A stretch of DNA of 60,829 nucleotides from an uncultured virus (IMG/VR IMGVR_UViG_3300033064_004648) (IMGVR_UViG_3300033064_004648:62001-122829), one strand, 5' to 3'; shown: positions 9,190 to 20,137, counted from the first letter of the stretch. The notes: generated by a model not told the origin, from the letters alone. Made by a program: numbers and translations.

Positions 9190-10884
9190 CTATGTGGCAA
9201 GAGCAATTGCCATCACTTGACTATATTCAACAGTTGCGGTATCCGTACTATAGGCATAAGCCTGCATTTTTACAACAACGTCTCCCGCACTACAATCCCT
9301 TATAGCAAACGCCGTACCACTACTGAATAAAATAGTGTTTAGAATTTGCGGGGGGGCACTGCCGTCTATGTTTACACCTATAAATGCGTTCCAGCCACCG
9401 CTTGACTTGAAACCACCAGAAGCTATCCCTATTACTACACCGGCCTTAGCCAAGGTCAGTGTAACTGTTGCGGATGTCACATCTTGCCATGACGCCGTAG
9501 CAGATGAAGTAAAATTAGTTCCAGTTGCTCGCGCCCAATCTAAAACAATTGAACTGCCACCAGTTCCACTTACGGCAGACATAATATGTCCCAAAGCATC
9601 GACTTCTATGTTAGCATTAGTAAAAGAGCCAGCAGTAACCGCACTAACATTATGTTTTACAGTAGACCCAGTTGTATCTGACATTACACCAGAACCTTCT
9701 ATAGTTGCAAGGCCGCTAACAAAACTACCCTCCGTTATACGACCATATACGTCTACTTCAACTTGATTATAGCTTCCTGACGCTATTCCTGTTTCACTTA
9801 AACCCAATGATCCCGAAACCACAGAAAGCATGCTTCCTGAATTGATAAATGACCCAGAAATATTGGTCTCGGAAGACACAATTATTCCTGAATCTATGGC
9901 GCTTCCGTCGCTATATCGAAGTAAATTGTTTTCCGTTCCCAAAGAATCAACATAAGAACCTGAAATTCTACTGCCAGAAGATACAACTACTCCCGAATCC
10001 GTTGCGCTTCCATTGACGTGTCGAAGCAAGTTATTCTCACTACCTAAAGATGCGATATATGAACCTGAAATTCTACTTCCCGAAGAAACAATTACGCCTG
10101 AATCTACGGCGCTTCCGCTAAAGTGTCTCAATAAATTGTCGTCCGTTCCTTGAGTGGCAACATAAGAACCCGAAATTCTACTTCCAGACGATACAACTAT
10201 TCCCGAATCTATTGCGCTTCCACCAAAATGTCTCAACAAATTGTCATCACTTCCTTGGGCATCAATATAAGAAGCGGATATTTTATTATTTGCTAAAAAT
10301 TCAACATAAGAACCTGAAATTCTACTGCCAGAAGATACAGAAACACCAGAATCTATAAGAACTTTACAGCCACTAACCATACTTAAGTTGTTTGCGGTTC
10401 CCAAAATACTTACTTGATCTGCAACTGTCGCACCAATTAAAGTAAATGACGTTCCATTATATTTGAAAAAATACTCTCTGTTTTTTTTTAGATCGCCTGC
10501 TTCTAATACTACTAAATCCCCATTATCATCTATTTTGTTAAGTGCTTTAGATGCCAATGCATTGATGCGAAGGTTTACTTCTCCGTCATTCTCAACATCC
10601 AGTCGTAAAGATAATACTTGATTTGTTTCATATGCCGAAATAGTAGAAACAGTTGCTCCATAATTATTTGAGCTAGCATATGAACCCGTAGTATTATAAA
10701 TCGGCTGCTCCGCCATTAAATCTACAATAGAACCGTTTGCTAAATACGCAAAATCATCTATAAGTTGCATATTTGAACTAGAAACAGAACCAGCTATATC
10801 TGTACGAAAATCCAAGAATAAAGCAGATGCATCTGTGACATTACTATATGTTATTAAATCCAAAAAAGATGTTGTGCCTGTCAT
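9190..10884 (-). CDS. tail fibre/receptor-binding protein with internal repeats
   Basis: About four 33-aa repeats (DSG..VSSGSRISGSY....G...NLLR) plus a VDxYGRI fibre motif; last gene of the tail module. Confidence 0.7.
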   Translation of the reverse strand: MTGTTSFLDLITYSNVTDASALFLDFRTDIAGSVSSSNMQLIDDFAYLANGSIVDLMAEQPIYNTTGSYASSNNYGATVSTISAYETNQVLSLRLDVENDGEVNLRINALASKALNKIDDNGDLVVLEAGDLKKNREYFFKYNGTSFTLIGATVADQVSILGTANNLSMVSGCKVLIDSGVSVSSGSRISGSYVEFLANNKISASYIDAQGSDDNLLRHFGGSAIDSGIVVSSGSRISGSYVATQGTDDNLLRHFSGSAVDSGVIVSSGSRISGSYIASLGSENNLLRHVNGSATDSGVVVSSGSRISGSYVDSLGTENNLLRYSDGSAIDSGIIVSSETNISGSFINSGSMLSVVSGSLGLSETGIASGSYNQVEVDVYGRITEGSFVSGLATIEGSGVMSDTTGSTVKHNVSAVTAGSFTNANIEVDALGHIMSAVSGTGGSSIVLDWARATGTNFTSSATASWQDVTSATVTLTLAKAGVVIGIASGGFKSSGGWNAFIGVNIDGSAPPQILNTILFSSGTAFAIRDCSAGDVVVKMQAYAYSTDTATVEYSQVMAIALAT

Positions 10885-10918
10885 ATTTTATTTTCCTTTT
10901 TTATATAATTTCTTAATA

Positions 10919-11485
10919 TCATGATGCAGTATAATCTAAGGCAGTCAACGTTTGTCCATCCATTTCCCATAGTTCATCTGGATCATAGACCCATAAAGGA
11001 TAGAACGTGCCTGTGCTCATAATAATATCAATAATAGCGATTTTTGGAACCGCAATAGTGACATTACCTAAACTCCATTCCATTATTGCGGTTGCTACAA
11101 TCTTGATTCTTTTTAAGGTAATTTCTATTGGGAGACCTAAAGTTTGTTGCATTATAGCACTAATCAAAATTCTTTTAAGTTTAATTTCTGAAACAAATTT
11201 TTGTGTTAATGAAGACAGGGCAGTTATAAATATTCTTTTTAATTTTATCGTTGACGTTAATGCAATTGAACACGTCATTGTAAAAACAACTGTAATACCC
11301 TGAACTATTCTTGCTAACCAAGAAGTTAATGTTGACGCACCATCTATAATAATATCAAATAAATTCCATTTGCTTATAGTAGATGAAAAACTATGGCTAT
11401 CGGATAAATCGGACGGTGTTCCCGTGGTAAGATCAAAAGTTCGTTCTTCTACAATATTTATATCGAAATCATGTTCATTAGCCAT
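10919..11485 (-). CDS. tail-associated structural protein
   Basis: Position in the tail module; IKLKRI repeats. Confidence 0.55.
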   Translation of the reverse strand: MANEHDFDINIVEERTFDLTTGTPSDLSDSHSFSSTISKWNLFDIIIDGASTLTSWLARIVQGITVVFTMTCSIALTSTIKLKRIFITALSSLTQKFVSEIKLKRILISAIMQQTLGLPIEITLKRIKIVATAIMEWSLGNVTIAVPKIAIIDIIMSTGTFYPLWVYDPDELWEMDGQTLTALDYTAS

Positions 11486-11495
11486 ATTGTCACAC

Positions 11496-11903
11496 CTATA
11501 CGTTTGTCATAGAAAAAGTCATTGCGGATGCCGCAAAGACAACGGTTGTTGCTGTTTGAACAGTTTTAGATGCAGGCAATGCTTCAAAAAAATAGATGTT
11601 TCCGCCTGAAAGAGCATCGGCTAGAAATACATAGGTGATGGTTCCCCAAGCATCAGTACTTTCGGTAAAAGATATGTTTATATCATTTGTCAATTCGCCC
11701 GAAGCGGCGGTTGTAAAAGTAGTTTTATTGTTTGTAATGGCCACCCTTGCATATGAGCCTCCTGATGGCTCTGTTTCGCCTGTTCCATCGATAAGTACAG
11801 TTGTTGTGGATAAACCCACATAATAAGTACCTGGTGGTGTATTTGCCGTAGCCCCCAAATTATTGTCAAGAATTTTATTGGCAGAAATATAACAAACAGA
11901 CAT
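11496..11903 (-). CDS. conserved tail-fibre-associated virion protein
   Basis: YVGLST...EPSGGSYARVAI...F.EST..WGTITY.FL.DA.SGGN, a widespread siphovirus tail family. Confidence 0.75.
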   Translation of the reverse strand: MSVCYISANKILDNNLGATANTPPGTYYVGLSTTTVLIDGTGETEPSGGSYARVAITNNKTTFTTAASGELTNDINISFTESTDAWGTITYVFLADALSGGNIYFFEALPASKTVQTATTVVFAASAMTFSMTNV

Positions 11904-11935
11904 AACAACCTCCTAAAAATTTATAGTTAATATAA

Positions 11936-12298
11936 TTAAACAGTAGCATTTCTACCCGTAATTAAAACAATACCTTGTGATGGTCTATATTCTTTTCCAG
12001 CAATATCAACCACGACAGGTTGCATAGTGTATTTTCCACTTAATGTTTGAGTGCTAGAACCAGTTAAAGTGGCAGTAAAAGTATTTGATGTAGCCAACGC
12101 AACACTTCCAGTAATAGTCATTGCAGCATAATTGTTTTGCCCATAAGGACTAAATACGACTGTACAAGTCGCGGTGGTTAAATCAACTTCAGATCCCGTA
12201 GAATCAACTACCGTGAAACTCAATGATTGTTCGTTGCCCCCAATAAACGAAAAAGAGTCAAGATCATTTATCACTAAAGTTGAAAAATTATCTGCCAT
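11936..12298 (-). CDS. baseplate upper-protein (BppU N-terminal)-like beta-rich protein
   Basis: VDLT..T.TV.F..YG, T..LSGKY..Q; position after Tal. Confidence 0.55.
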   Translation of the reverse strand: MADNFSTLVINDLDSFSFIGGNEQSLSFTVVDSTGSEVDLTTATCTVVFSPYGQNNYAAMTITGSVALATSNTFTATLTGSSTQTLSGKYTMQPVVVDIAGKEYRPSQGIVLITGRNATV

Positions 12299-12299
12299 T

Positions 12300-12506
12300 T
12301 TATTCTTTCTCCTTTTCCTTGTTTATTGGAAGATTGCTTATTTTTACTTTATCATCTGTCTCTTTCATGCTTTCTCGAAATTTCTGCAAGAGGGAGGCTA
12401 TATTAGTTATAGTAATATGGTTTTGTAATCCTTTAACTTCTATCTGATTCAATAATTCAAAAGCTTGTTCTAAATAACTTATTGATTCATTTTCTATTTT
12501 ATACAT
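12300..12506 (-). CDS. small tail-module protein
   Basis: 68-aa ORF with GGAGAG RBS. Confidence 0.6.
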   Translation of the reverse strand: MYKIENESISYLEQAFELLNQIEVKGLQNHITITNIASLLQKFRESMKETDDKVKISNLPINKEKEKE

Positions 12507-12556
12507 TTTCTCTCCGTTTTTTTATTTTTATCTAGTTTAAATAGTATATAATTTTA

Positions 12557-15211
12557 TTATGTATAGTTTGTTAATATTCCATTTGTAAAGGTTAAAACCC
12601 TTGTTCCATAAGGTGTTTCAACACTATAACCGATAGATTTTCCAAGATATCCATTGGTATAAAGCGAACCTTGTAGTCTTACATTAGACGGATAAATTAT
12701 AATATTCGGAGAACCACCTGCATACAAAGCCAGAGAGTTATTGCCCTTTATCCACGGATTACCAAGCACGGTCGTTCCCATAGAAGCTCCAGCCCAGGCA
12801 ATAGTACTACCATAAATAGTTCCTGCGGTAACTTTATTCGCACTTATATCGGCGATTTGGCTATTTACTACTTGCCCGTTTAGATTAGCCGCATAGATAT
12901 TACCAGAAAAAGTACCACTTGCAGCACTAATATCGCCTGAAAAAGTTCCTGTAGCTGCACTCAACGAACCCGCAAAAGTTCCAGTCGCTGCACTTAATGC
13001 GCCAGAAAAAGTTCCTGTAGCACCACTTAATTGTCCTTTAAAAATTACATTCCCAGCGCTATCTGCATAAAATTTATCTACCCAAGATGCATCCACCAAT
13101 GATTGAACCTTAATTCCATTTGTTGGGTCTAATAATATTTTTGTATTGCCATTTGTGGTTGTTAACGTCATAGTTGCATTAGTTAATGTTGCTCCTGAAC
13201 CATCTACTGAAAACGTACTGTCTTCGTTAGTGATGAGAAGGTCATTAGATGCAATCATATTTCCGACGATTACATTTGCAACCAGACCCCATGCAGAACC
13301 AGTTACAGTTGAAATTTGCCCTAATGCTAAACTTGAAGTATCCCAATTATCTTGAGTAAAGGCAATTATGCCATTATTCATCCATATTTGTTTAGGATCA
13401 TAGGTTCCACCATCTAACATTTGTCTGACACGAATTCCGTTAGAATCTATTAGTACGTTTTGAGAACTGCCACTAACAACATTATTAGTAGCAGTATCTA
13501 AAGCAGAATCAATAAACGTACTAACATCATCTTTATAATTCGTATTCCAACTACCCCATTGTTCTGAATTAAAAGATGTATTTATAGAAGAACTAACTGT
13601 TTGTTCAAATAAATCTGAAAATTGAAATGAACTATCATCTAATCTTAAACGATTACTAAATATTAATGAAAAATCTGATGGATCTTCATAATTAATATCC
13701 ATTCCTAATAATACAGGATAAATATATGTACCTGTATCTAATTCTAATGTAATGATTGCACCTAAAGATAACTGATCGATGAAAGTCTGAAATTCTGAAA
13801 GCATAGTAAAGTTTACGGCATTAACTTGGAACTCATATCTAGGCTGCGAAACTTTTGCTAATACTTCTAATGCTTGATCATATAATTCCTGTGCTTCTGC
13901 TTGAATTTCTGCATTAGTCATTAAATCTGTTTGGATGAAATTATCATTTTGATACGTACTACCAAAAGTGAAGTTAGATAATTCTGTTAATTGACTGCCA
14001 CTAAAATTACTATCAAAACTACAAAGTGTATTTATTGATTCAAGACTGGTCGTTGTAGTAGTTATTGAGCCACTAGTTGTTGTGATTAATGCTTCTTGTA
14101 CGGTTATTTCTGCTTCTTTGGCTACTATCAAAACATTTATTGCCGTTAGACTCAATCCTTGTTGAATTTGGGCGCTTTTTACTGCTTCTAACGCAGATAA
14201 TTCGCCTTGTAAATCGGTTAAATCTGATTCTTCTGTGATTAATGTTTCATTATAATCAAGTAAATCTGTTAATAAATTTGCATAACCTGTTTGATTATTA
14301 TCAACTACTATCTCCCAATTTTCAATATCTGTTAATAATGATTGTGTCATCCATGCAGTACTTTTGAAATAAGAGAAATCGTACAAAACATCATTTCCCA
14401 AAGGATTAACTTGGTTGATACTTAAATCGCCACCGCCATAAACGTTAAGAGCAGTTACTAATTCATCTGAAATTTCTGTAATATTAACTTCTTCCAACAG
14501 GTTGTCGAAACTCATGTAAATATCGGTCGAAGAAGTTGCGCCAGAAACGGTATAAGCATTGATTTCTTGTGTAAGGTAATTAAAGTCGAAAACCGCCTGA
14601 AACGCTTCAGATGCATCGTTTACAAGAAAGGCATATATGGTAGAATCCGAAATATCAAAATTTCTATATAGGGTCATTAATTCAGCATCCACTGTGCCAA
14701 TCGACCATCCAGGGAGATACGTCAGGATTGTGTTAAGAAGTGTATCTTCCGGCGAGATTAAATCGTAGAATTGATATGTGCCTGAAAAATTTGAAAGCTT
14801 CTTAAAGGTTAACTGTACTTCTAATGATTGAGCAACAACTGTCTTTAAATTTGTGATTCCATCATTAAATTCATCAACTTCCGTGATCATAAAATAACCT
14901 ATGTCTGGAAGAAAAATAATACGCTTAGTGACCAAATAATCGTAATACTCACAATCTGTTGAAACAACATCTGCTACTTGGAAAGCAGTCGTTTGGAAGG
15001 CATTTTCTTGAAATCCCAAAATTTCGCCAGTAATTGGCGAAACAAAAGTTTTAGACGGAGCGGTAAAAGATATTTCTGATAAGGCATTATAACGAGGGCA
15101 ATATTTTTTGTCGAAGATACTGCCGAGCGCATAAAGTTGTTCTTTGTTCGGGTTACAGAGAACAAATGTAGGTGTTTCCGCGATTCCGTGAAAATCGAAA
15201 TTTACGATCAT
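12557..15211 (-). CDS. tail tip/Tal (tail spike-like) protein
   Basis: N-terminal baseplate-hub-like region (ELVTALNVYGG.DL.I..VNP.G), coiled coil, C-terminal GxLSAATGTF repeats. Confidence 0.75.
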   Translation of the reverse strand: MIVNFDFHGIAETPTFVLCNPNKEQLYALGSIFDKKYCPRYNALSEISFTAPSKTFVSPITGEILGFQENAFQTTAFQVADVVSTDCEYYDYLVTKRIIFLPDIGYFMITEVDEFNDGITNLKTVVAQSLEVQLTFKKLSNFSGTYQFYDLISPEDTLLNTILTYLPGWSIGTVDAELMTLYRNFDISDSTIYAFLVNDASEAFQAVFDFNYLTQEINAYTVSGATSSTDIYMSFDNLLEEVNITEISDELVTALNVYGGGDLSINQVNPLGNDVLYDFSYFKSTAWMTQSLLTDIENWEIVVDNNQTGYANLLTDLLDYNETLITEESDLTDLQGELSALEAVKSAQIQQGLSLTAINVLIVAKEAEITVQEALITTTSGSITTTTTSLESINTLCSFDSNFSGSQLTELSNFTFGSTYQNDNFIQTDLMTNAEIQAEAQELYDQALEVLAKVSQPRYEFQVNAVNFTMLSEFQTFIDQLSLGAIITLELDTGTYIYPVLLGMDINYEDPSDFSLIFSNRLRLDDSSFQFSDLFEQTVSSSINTSFNSEQWGSWNTNYKDDVSTFIDSALDTATNNVVSGSSQNVLIDSNGIRVRQMLDGGTYDPKQIWMNNGIIAFTQDNWDTSSLALGQISTVTGSAWGLVANVIVGNMIASNDLLITNEDSTFSVDGSGATLTNATMTLTTTNGNTKILLDPTNGIKVQSLVDASWVDKFYADSAGNVIFKGQLSGATGTFSGALSAATGTFAGSLSAATGTFSGDISAASGTFSGNIYAANLNGQVVNSQIADISANKVTAGTIYGSTIAWAGASMGTTVLGNPWIKGNNSLALYAGGSPNIIIYPSNVRLQGSLYTNGYLGKSIGYSVETPYGTRVLTFTNGILTNYT

Positions 15212-15239
15212 TTATCCTCCTTATTATTATATTGTATTT

Positions 15240-16142
15240 CTATAAATCATAAATATCGTTATAAAATCCATTTTTTATTCTATAAACAGTTGACATACTA
15301 ATATCTATTTCTTTCAATATTTTTACTACGGGTATGCCATTATTTAATAGTTCTAAAATCTCTAAGACTATTTCTTCTTTAAAAATTTTGTAATTATTTT
15401 TACCACTATTTGCTTCAGATATTTTCTTTTTTGTTTCTTCGGAGTGAACTTTTCCAAGCATTCCTACATGATTTTCAGATATCTTTCTTTTTGTTTCCTC
15501 AGAATGTTTTTGCCCTTTTTTGGCTTTGCGCATTTTTTCTTTAGTTTCTTCAGAATGATGTTTTCCAAAATTAGGACTATCTTTTCCTCGTTTTCCCCAC
15601 ATAGGCGCATCTTCTCCAGAAAGACGTGCACTATTTTTAGATATTTTTCCTTTTGTTTTTTCAGAAAGATGTTTTCCCCACATATGATTTTTTTTACCAA
15701 CATATTTTCCTTTGAGGGTATTAGATATCTTCTTTATGGTTTCATCAGAATGATGTTTGCCAAAATTGGGATGGTCTTTGCCAGAAAGACGTACATGATT
15801 TTCAGACATTAATTTTTTTGTTTCTAATGAACGTTTTATTCCTTTATTGCTATCTACACAATCTCGAATATTGTAGGATAGTCCATGTGTTTTGTCTATA
15901 TCGCAAAATAACTGTTCATATTTAGTTAATTCTTTTTGCCTACAATAAATTAGAATTTCAAATACAAAAAATTCTTTTCCGTATTTGTTATAAGAATTTT
16001 GTAAATGCGAATTTTTATGTTTATTGTTTTTTAATTTACTCCAATGCTGCCCAGGTCTCTCTTTTAAATGTATACTCTGCCCAGCATAACAAACATTCGT
16101 TACAATATTCCTTATCTGATAAATCCCACAATTTAGATCCAT
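15240..16142 (-). CDS. GIY-YIG homing endonuclease, NUMOD3 repeats and C-terminal HTH
   Basis: CGIYQIRN...YAGQS..LKER..H; many GK.HSEETK.K repeats. Confidence 0.9.
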   Translation of the reverse strand: MDLNCGIYQIRNIVTNVCYAGQSIHLKERPGQHWSKLKNNKHKNSHLQNSYNKYGKEFFVFEILIYCRQKELTKYEQLFCDIDKTHGLSYNIRDCVDSNKGIKRSLETKKLMSENHVRLSGKDHPNFGKHHSDETIKKISNTLKGKYVGKKNHMWGKHLSEKTKGKISKNSARLSGEDAPMWGKRGKDSPNFGKHHSEETKEKMRKAKKGQKHSEETKRKISENHVGMLGKVHSEETKKKISEANSGKNNYKIFKEEIVLEILELLNNGIPVVKILKEIDISMSTVYRIKNGFYNDIYDL

Positions 16143-16237
16143 TTCTATTCCTCCAAGTACTCCATAAATTTAAAAAACGGGAAATAGTGGAGTTCTACTT
16201 ATCGGCTGGTCTATAAGTCCCAACCTATCCCGTTTTT
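16143..16237 (-). ncRNA. endonuclease-leader structured RNA, copy 1
   Basis: P1 AAAAACGGGA/UCCCGUUUUU; UAG; P2 GUUGG..CCAGC; GAU; P3 AAGUAG-AACUCCA-CUAUUU; loop pairs downstream UGGAGU next to the SD. Confidence 0.7.
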
Positions 16238-16276
16238 ACTGTATTAAAAACCACATAAAATACGAATTTTATTATG

Positions 16277-16525
16277 TTATTTTACCTTTAACTGTTTCTC
16301 AACTTCTTTAGCAATCTTCTCGCCCAATGTTTCCACTGGCTCAACAGGTGTTGGTTCTATTGATATCTCATAGTCCAATGGTGTTTTCTGTTTTTTGTTC
16401 CACTCAAGAAATTTACGAAAGTCCCTGTTTAGTGGTTCAAACGGAATAGACATATTACCTTTTTGAATTGACACTGGTTCGCCTGTAAAATCATAGTTTA
16501 TTTTATACATGTTATAGCTCCGCAT
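16277..16525 (-). CDS. tail fibre assembly/chaperone-like small protein
   Basis: SIPFEPLNRDF..FLEW motif typical of small proteins following fibres; overlaps the fibre stop. Confidence 0.65.
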   Translation of the reverse strand: MRSYNMYKINYDFTGEPVSIQKGNMSIPFEPLNRDFRKFLEWNKKQKTPLDYEISIEPTPVEPVETLGEKIAKEVEKQLKVK

Positions 16526-18524
16526 CTAAGTTTACCTGTCCATTCGGGGTCCACATGCAAGGTCTCTGGTTAGCTGCGACTGCCTGTGTTGTTAGGTCTA
16601 TATATCCTCCTTCAGAATCTGCATTCAAAGTTGCAACTGTAACATTGCGAAATTGTATTCCTGGGTCAACAACAGCATTTGCTCCTACAATCAATGTGCC
16701 AGTAGGTGTTATTCTCATAGATACTGGGAAAGGTCCAGAAACAGTTGCGCTTGTAGTACTGGTCGCCCACCATGAACCAAACCATTTCGGGAGAAATTGA
16801 AAATATCTTAGACATAAATCCTTTTCTGCCCCAATCGGTCTCGCCACAAAATCGGTACACGTTGCTCCTAATTCTAATTTCACCCATTGAATTTGCAGTA
16901 TGTCGTTAGCCGCAGCATCAGCGTCATCAACCCAAATAAATACACCAACGTTCTTTGTAGCCGCTGTATCAACCGCAATATTTTCAATCGTAAATGTTTG
17001 ATATGCGGCAGTTAGCAAATTGTCAGTAGCCACGTTTTCATAAGTCCAGTTAGCAACTAATGTTGGTACAGTTCCTTCTGCTTCCCATGCAGAAACCACA
17101 TCGCTTGTAACCGTGTCAGCCGCCCCGTCCCATGAAATAACCGCAGCCCTTACGTTCCTAATTGCAGCCCCGGTAGTCTTTGCCCTGAATGATAGTGAAA
17201 CAACCTGGTCTATTTGCGGACTGTCTTTGGTTTCAAGTATCTGTATAAAACCGAATTTCTTATTAGCCGTTGCTACAAGTGCCTGTATAGCAAACGGGTT
17301 TTCATCACTCGTTACTGCTAATTGCGAAACATCAACAATATCGTTACCATCTGACAATAATACCCACCTATCAAGCAAATAGGTATCATCACTATTTAAT
17401 GGAACAGTTGCTGCTGTGAACGCAGTTCCTCTTTGTGCTACTGCGAAACCAGGGTTGATTAGGGAGTTTTGATTTATAATTCTACTATCAATTTTGCTTC
17501 CACTAAGAACGTGTCCATAGGTGTCTACAATCACCGATGCGTAAGAACCTGCCGTGACAGCCGAGACATTATGTTTAGCAACAGAGCCAGAGGTATCGGA
17601 AAGTATTGCTGAGCCAGCAATAGTTGTTGCTCCCGCTACAACTTGACTCCCGCTAAGAACGTGTCCATAAGTATCCACGATCACCGAGCTATATGAACCT
17701 GCGGTGATTGCAGAGACATCATGTTTGACAACGGAGCCTGCTGTAGTTGTCATAATTGCAGAACCAGCGATCTCGATTAGCATCAAAGAACCAGCAGTCT
17801 CTATCGCTACGATTGAACCACTGTTCCAAACCACCTGTTCTTTTAGCAAAGAGCCAGCGGTCTCTATTGCTACAATTGACCCACTATTCCAAACAACTTG
17901 GTCATTTAACAAAGAGCCAGCGGTCTCAATTTCGACAATCGAACCTTGGATGTAGCCTATTAGACTTGAATTGGCTGAAATAGACCCGCTATTCCAGTCT
18001 ATGAGAGTATCTTGCGCCACATCATAGGATGCAACTTCGCTTCCACTAAGGACGTGCCCGTAAATATCGACAATTACCGAAGCATAAGAACCTGCTGTTA
18101 CAGCCGAGACATCATGTTTAACTACGGAACCAGTTGTTGTTGTCATGATCGCAGAACCGGCGATAGATGATAAATCTCCCGTCCCCGTTGTACTTCCATC
18201 TATAACATGTCCGTAGGCGTCAACAATAACTGCACTATAAGAACCCGCTGTGATTGCCGAGACATCGTGTTTGACAACTGAACCAGTGGTTGTTGTCATG
18301 ATTGCCGAGCCAGCGATTGGGTTTGCAATAAAGGTATCTATCTGGGCATGAGTATTTGTGCCTATGCTAGTTAGGTTTGTATGATCTACTGCACTACCGC
18401 TATCTGAATCAGTATGGTCGTGTATATTGGTTCCTACATGTGCGGCATTCCAATCAGAAGGACGAACATTAGCAGGATTTGCGGTATCAGCAACGCCAGA
18501 CACTTTCGAGTGTTTTGTACTCAT
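16512..18524 (-). CDS. tail fibre protein with repeats and a C-terminal receptor-binding region
   Basis: Four ~42-aa repeats (IAGSAIM.TT.GSV.KHDVSA.TAGSY.SVIVD.YGHV.SGS); N.LINPGF.VAQRGT...DRW; KLELG...T.F..RP...E..LC.RYF. Confidence 0.8.
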   Translation of the reverse strand: MSTKHSKVSGVADTANPANVRPSDWNAAHVGTNIHDHTDSDSGSAVDHTNLTSIGTNTHAQIDTFIANPIAGSAIMTTTTGSVVKHDVSAITAGSYSAVIVDAYGHVIDGSTTGTGDLSSIAGSAIMTTTTGSVVKHDVSAVTAGSYASVIVDIYGHVLSGSEVASYDVAQDTLIDWNSGSISANSSLIGYIQGSIVEIETAGSLLNDQVVWNSGSIVAIETAGSLLKEQVVWNSGSIVAIETAGSLMLIEIAGSAIMTTTAGSVVKHDVSAITAGSYSSVIVDTYGHVLSGSQVVAGATTIAGSAILSDTSGSVAKHNVSAVTAGSYASVIVDTYGHVLSGSKIDSRIINQNSLINPGFAVAQRGTAFTAATVPLNSDDTYLLDRWVLLSDGNDIVDVSQLAVTSDENPFAIQALVATANKKFGFIQILETKDSPQIDQVVSLSFRAKTTGAAIRNVRAAVISWDGAADTVTSDVVSAWEAEGTVPTLVANWTYENVATDNLLTAAYQTFTIENIAVDTAATKNVGVFIWVDDADAAANDILQIQWVKLELGATCTDFVARPIGAEKDLCLRYFQFLPKWFGSWWATSTTSATVSGPFPVSMRITPTGTLIVGANAVVDPGIQFRNVTVATLNADSEGGYIDLTTQAVAANQRPCMWTPNGQVNLDAEL

Positions 18525-18580
18525 ACTTAGTCCTCCTTATCGTTATATTTAAAATTAATTTATAAATGCATTTGTTCTTA

Positions 18581-19378
18581 CTATCCGCCAACAGCTCTTG
18601 CAAAACTATAAGTAAATTCAACAAAAGATATTGCACTTGTTATATGTAATGAATTTAAACCAGGTAAAAATCTTAACCAATTTTTATTGAAATATGAAAG
18701 ACGATAAAGACCAGTTGTTGAAGAAATTATTTGAAGGCTATTATCTACAGTAATACCTTCATCTGCACTTAGTCCTGTAAAAATAAATTCTCTACCATCA
18801 TCAGTTGTATTTGTAAATGTAAAATCTGCGCCCAGAGAATTGAGTGTAAATTCAATTGTTGGATAGAGATAATTGTTGTTGTCACTATCATTATAAAATG
18901 TAAAATCGAAGTCTTGTACTGCATCAGGCGAAAAATCATAAGAAAAAGATTGATCTTCTGTATGACCCCACGGAGCGTCACAAACTGCCCTTAAATCCAT
19001 CCCTACGGGTTTATTACCAACATAAATAGTCTCAGAACCAGTGAATATTACATTGAAATATATGCCCTGCATATCGTCTTGACATATGATTAATTTTTTA
19101 TAACCAGATTTACCAAGAAGCCATTTAGACATATTCCGTATATCTATAGACGATACAAAATTGTTGTAGCCTATTTTAAAAGTGAATTCTAGCGGGATGC
19201 TCTGACTGTTCCCAAAATGATAGGGGACAGTTCGACGATATGGCCACTTTTGATTAATTGTTGTTGCGTTACCCGAAGAAGACCTACTTGTCCCGGAGGT
19301 ACGCTCAAAATTAATTATTTGTACGCTGTAATTTTCTGAGGGAATTCCTCCGTAAATGAAGTTCGCGCCAAAAAACAT
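18581..19378 (-). CDS. distal tail protein (Dit)
   Basis: Follows the tape measure; F.Y.GI.SENY, WL.G..GYKKL, CDAPW, YLYPTIE, FNKNWLRFLPG.N.L.I. Confidence 0.8.
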   Translation of the reverse strand: MFFGANFIYGGIPSENYSVQIINFERTSGTSRSSSGNATTINQKWPYRRTVPYHFGNSQSIPLEFTFKIGYNNFVSSIDIRNMSKWLLGKSGYKKLIICQDDMQGIYFNVIFTGSETIYVGNKPVGMDLRAVCDAPWGHTEDQSFSYDFSPDAVQDFDFTFYNDSDNNNYLYPTIEFTLNSLGADFTFTNTTDDGREFIFTGLSADEGITVDNSLQIISSTTGLYRLSYFNKNWLRFLPGLNSLHITSAISFVEFTYSFARAVGG

Positions 19379-20137
19379 TTAGTCCTCCTTTGATAAATCA
19401 TAAATATCATCATATTCATGATTTTTTACTCTATAAACCGTACGAACACTAACATTAAGAGTTTTTGATATATTTATTGCCGAAATATTTTTGTCAAGCA
19501 TACACAAAATATCTATAACTATTTCTTTTTTTATAGATTTAGACCGACGCATTTTTAAAATAGATTCTGCTGTATGTTGTCTATTATAAAAAGGAGCATC
19601 TTTTCCCCTAACGCCCCACATAGGATTATTTTTACCTTTGAGATCTCTAGTCTTCCAATTTCTTTTTGGTAAATTATCATAAATATTATCATATCCGCCC
19701 TTTTTAATCTTGCCAATAGTATTCTTGCAAATACCCGTTTTCTTAGAAATCTCTTTCTGTGACATTTCTTTTGGCATTTTCAGTATTTTTAATACCATCT
19801 CTTCTTTTATAAGTTTAGGTTGACTTTTACATATTTTTGTTCTAGAAATCGATGGGTGATGATACCCGTAAGTACCTTCTCCTCCGCAACAAATATTATA
19901 CCCAATTTTACGATCTGTTGAACTATATTTTTTTATCCAATATATTTCTCTCTCACATAAATAATCATGGTCAGTTATTCCATCTTCTAATGTTTCTCTA
20001 GTAAAATTTTTTTTACCATATTTTTTAATAGCTTTTTTTAAATTTTTTCCTGAACCCAAATAAGATTTTTGATTCCCACAATACTTTCCTATATAAATCA
20101 TTCCATTGATTTTATTTGTTGTCTTATAAATAATCAT
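19379..20137 (-). CDS. GIY-YIG (Seg-like) homing endonuclease with two HTH modules
   Basis: IIYKTTNKINGMIYIGK, YLGSG, KYGK.NF, EREIYWI, GYNI..GG. Confidence 0.9.
   Translation of the reverse strand: MIIYKTTNKINGMIYIGKYCGNQKSYLGSGKNLKKAIKKYGKKNFTRETLEDGITDHDYLCEREIYWIKKYSSTDRKIGYNICCGGEGTYGYHHPSISRTKICKSQPKLIKEEMVLKILKMPKEMSQKEISKKTGICKNTIGKIKKGGYDNIYDNLPKRNWKTRDLKGKNNPMWGVRGKDAPFYNRQHTAESILKMRRSKSIKKEIVIDILCMLDKNISAINISKTLNVSVRTVYRVKNHEYDDIYDLSKED

Noticed and set aside
15261..15278. Extra ATAAAA-N6-TTTTAT cores inside coding regions (also a near match at 44582-44599)
   Set aside because: They lack the outer AAACCA/TGGTTT arms and are expected by chance in AT-rich DNA.
16143..16237. Hammerhead ribozyme or known riboswitch identity for the leader RNA
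   Set aside because: Lacks the CUGAnGA/GAAA hammerhead core and any riboswitch consensus I can recognise; left unassigned pending an Rfam search.
9190..18524. Diversity-generating retroelement acting on the fibres
   Set aside because: No reverse transcriptase, and no template/variable repeat pair differing only at adenines was seen; the repeats are in-frame shaft modules.
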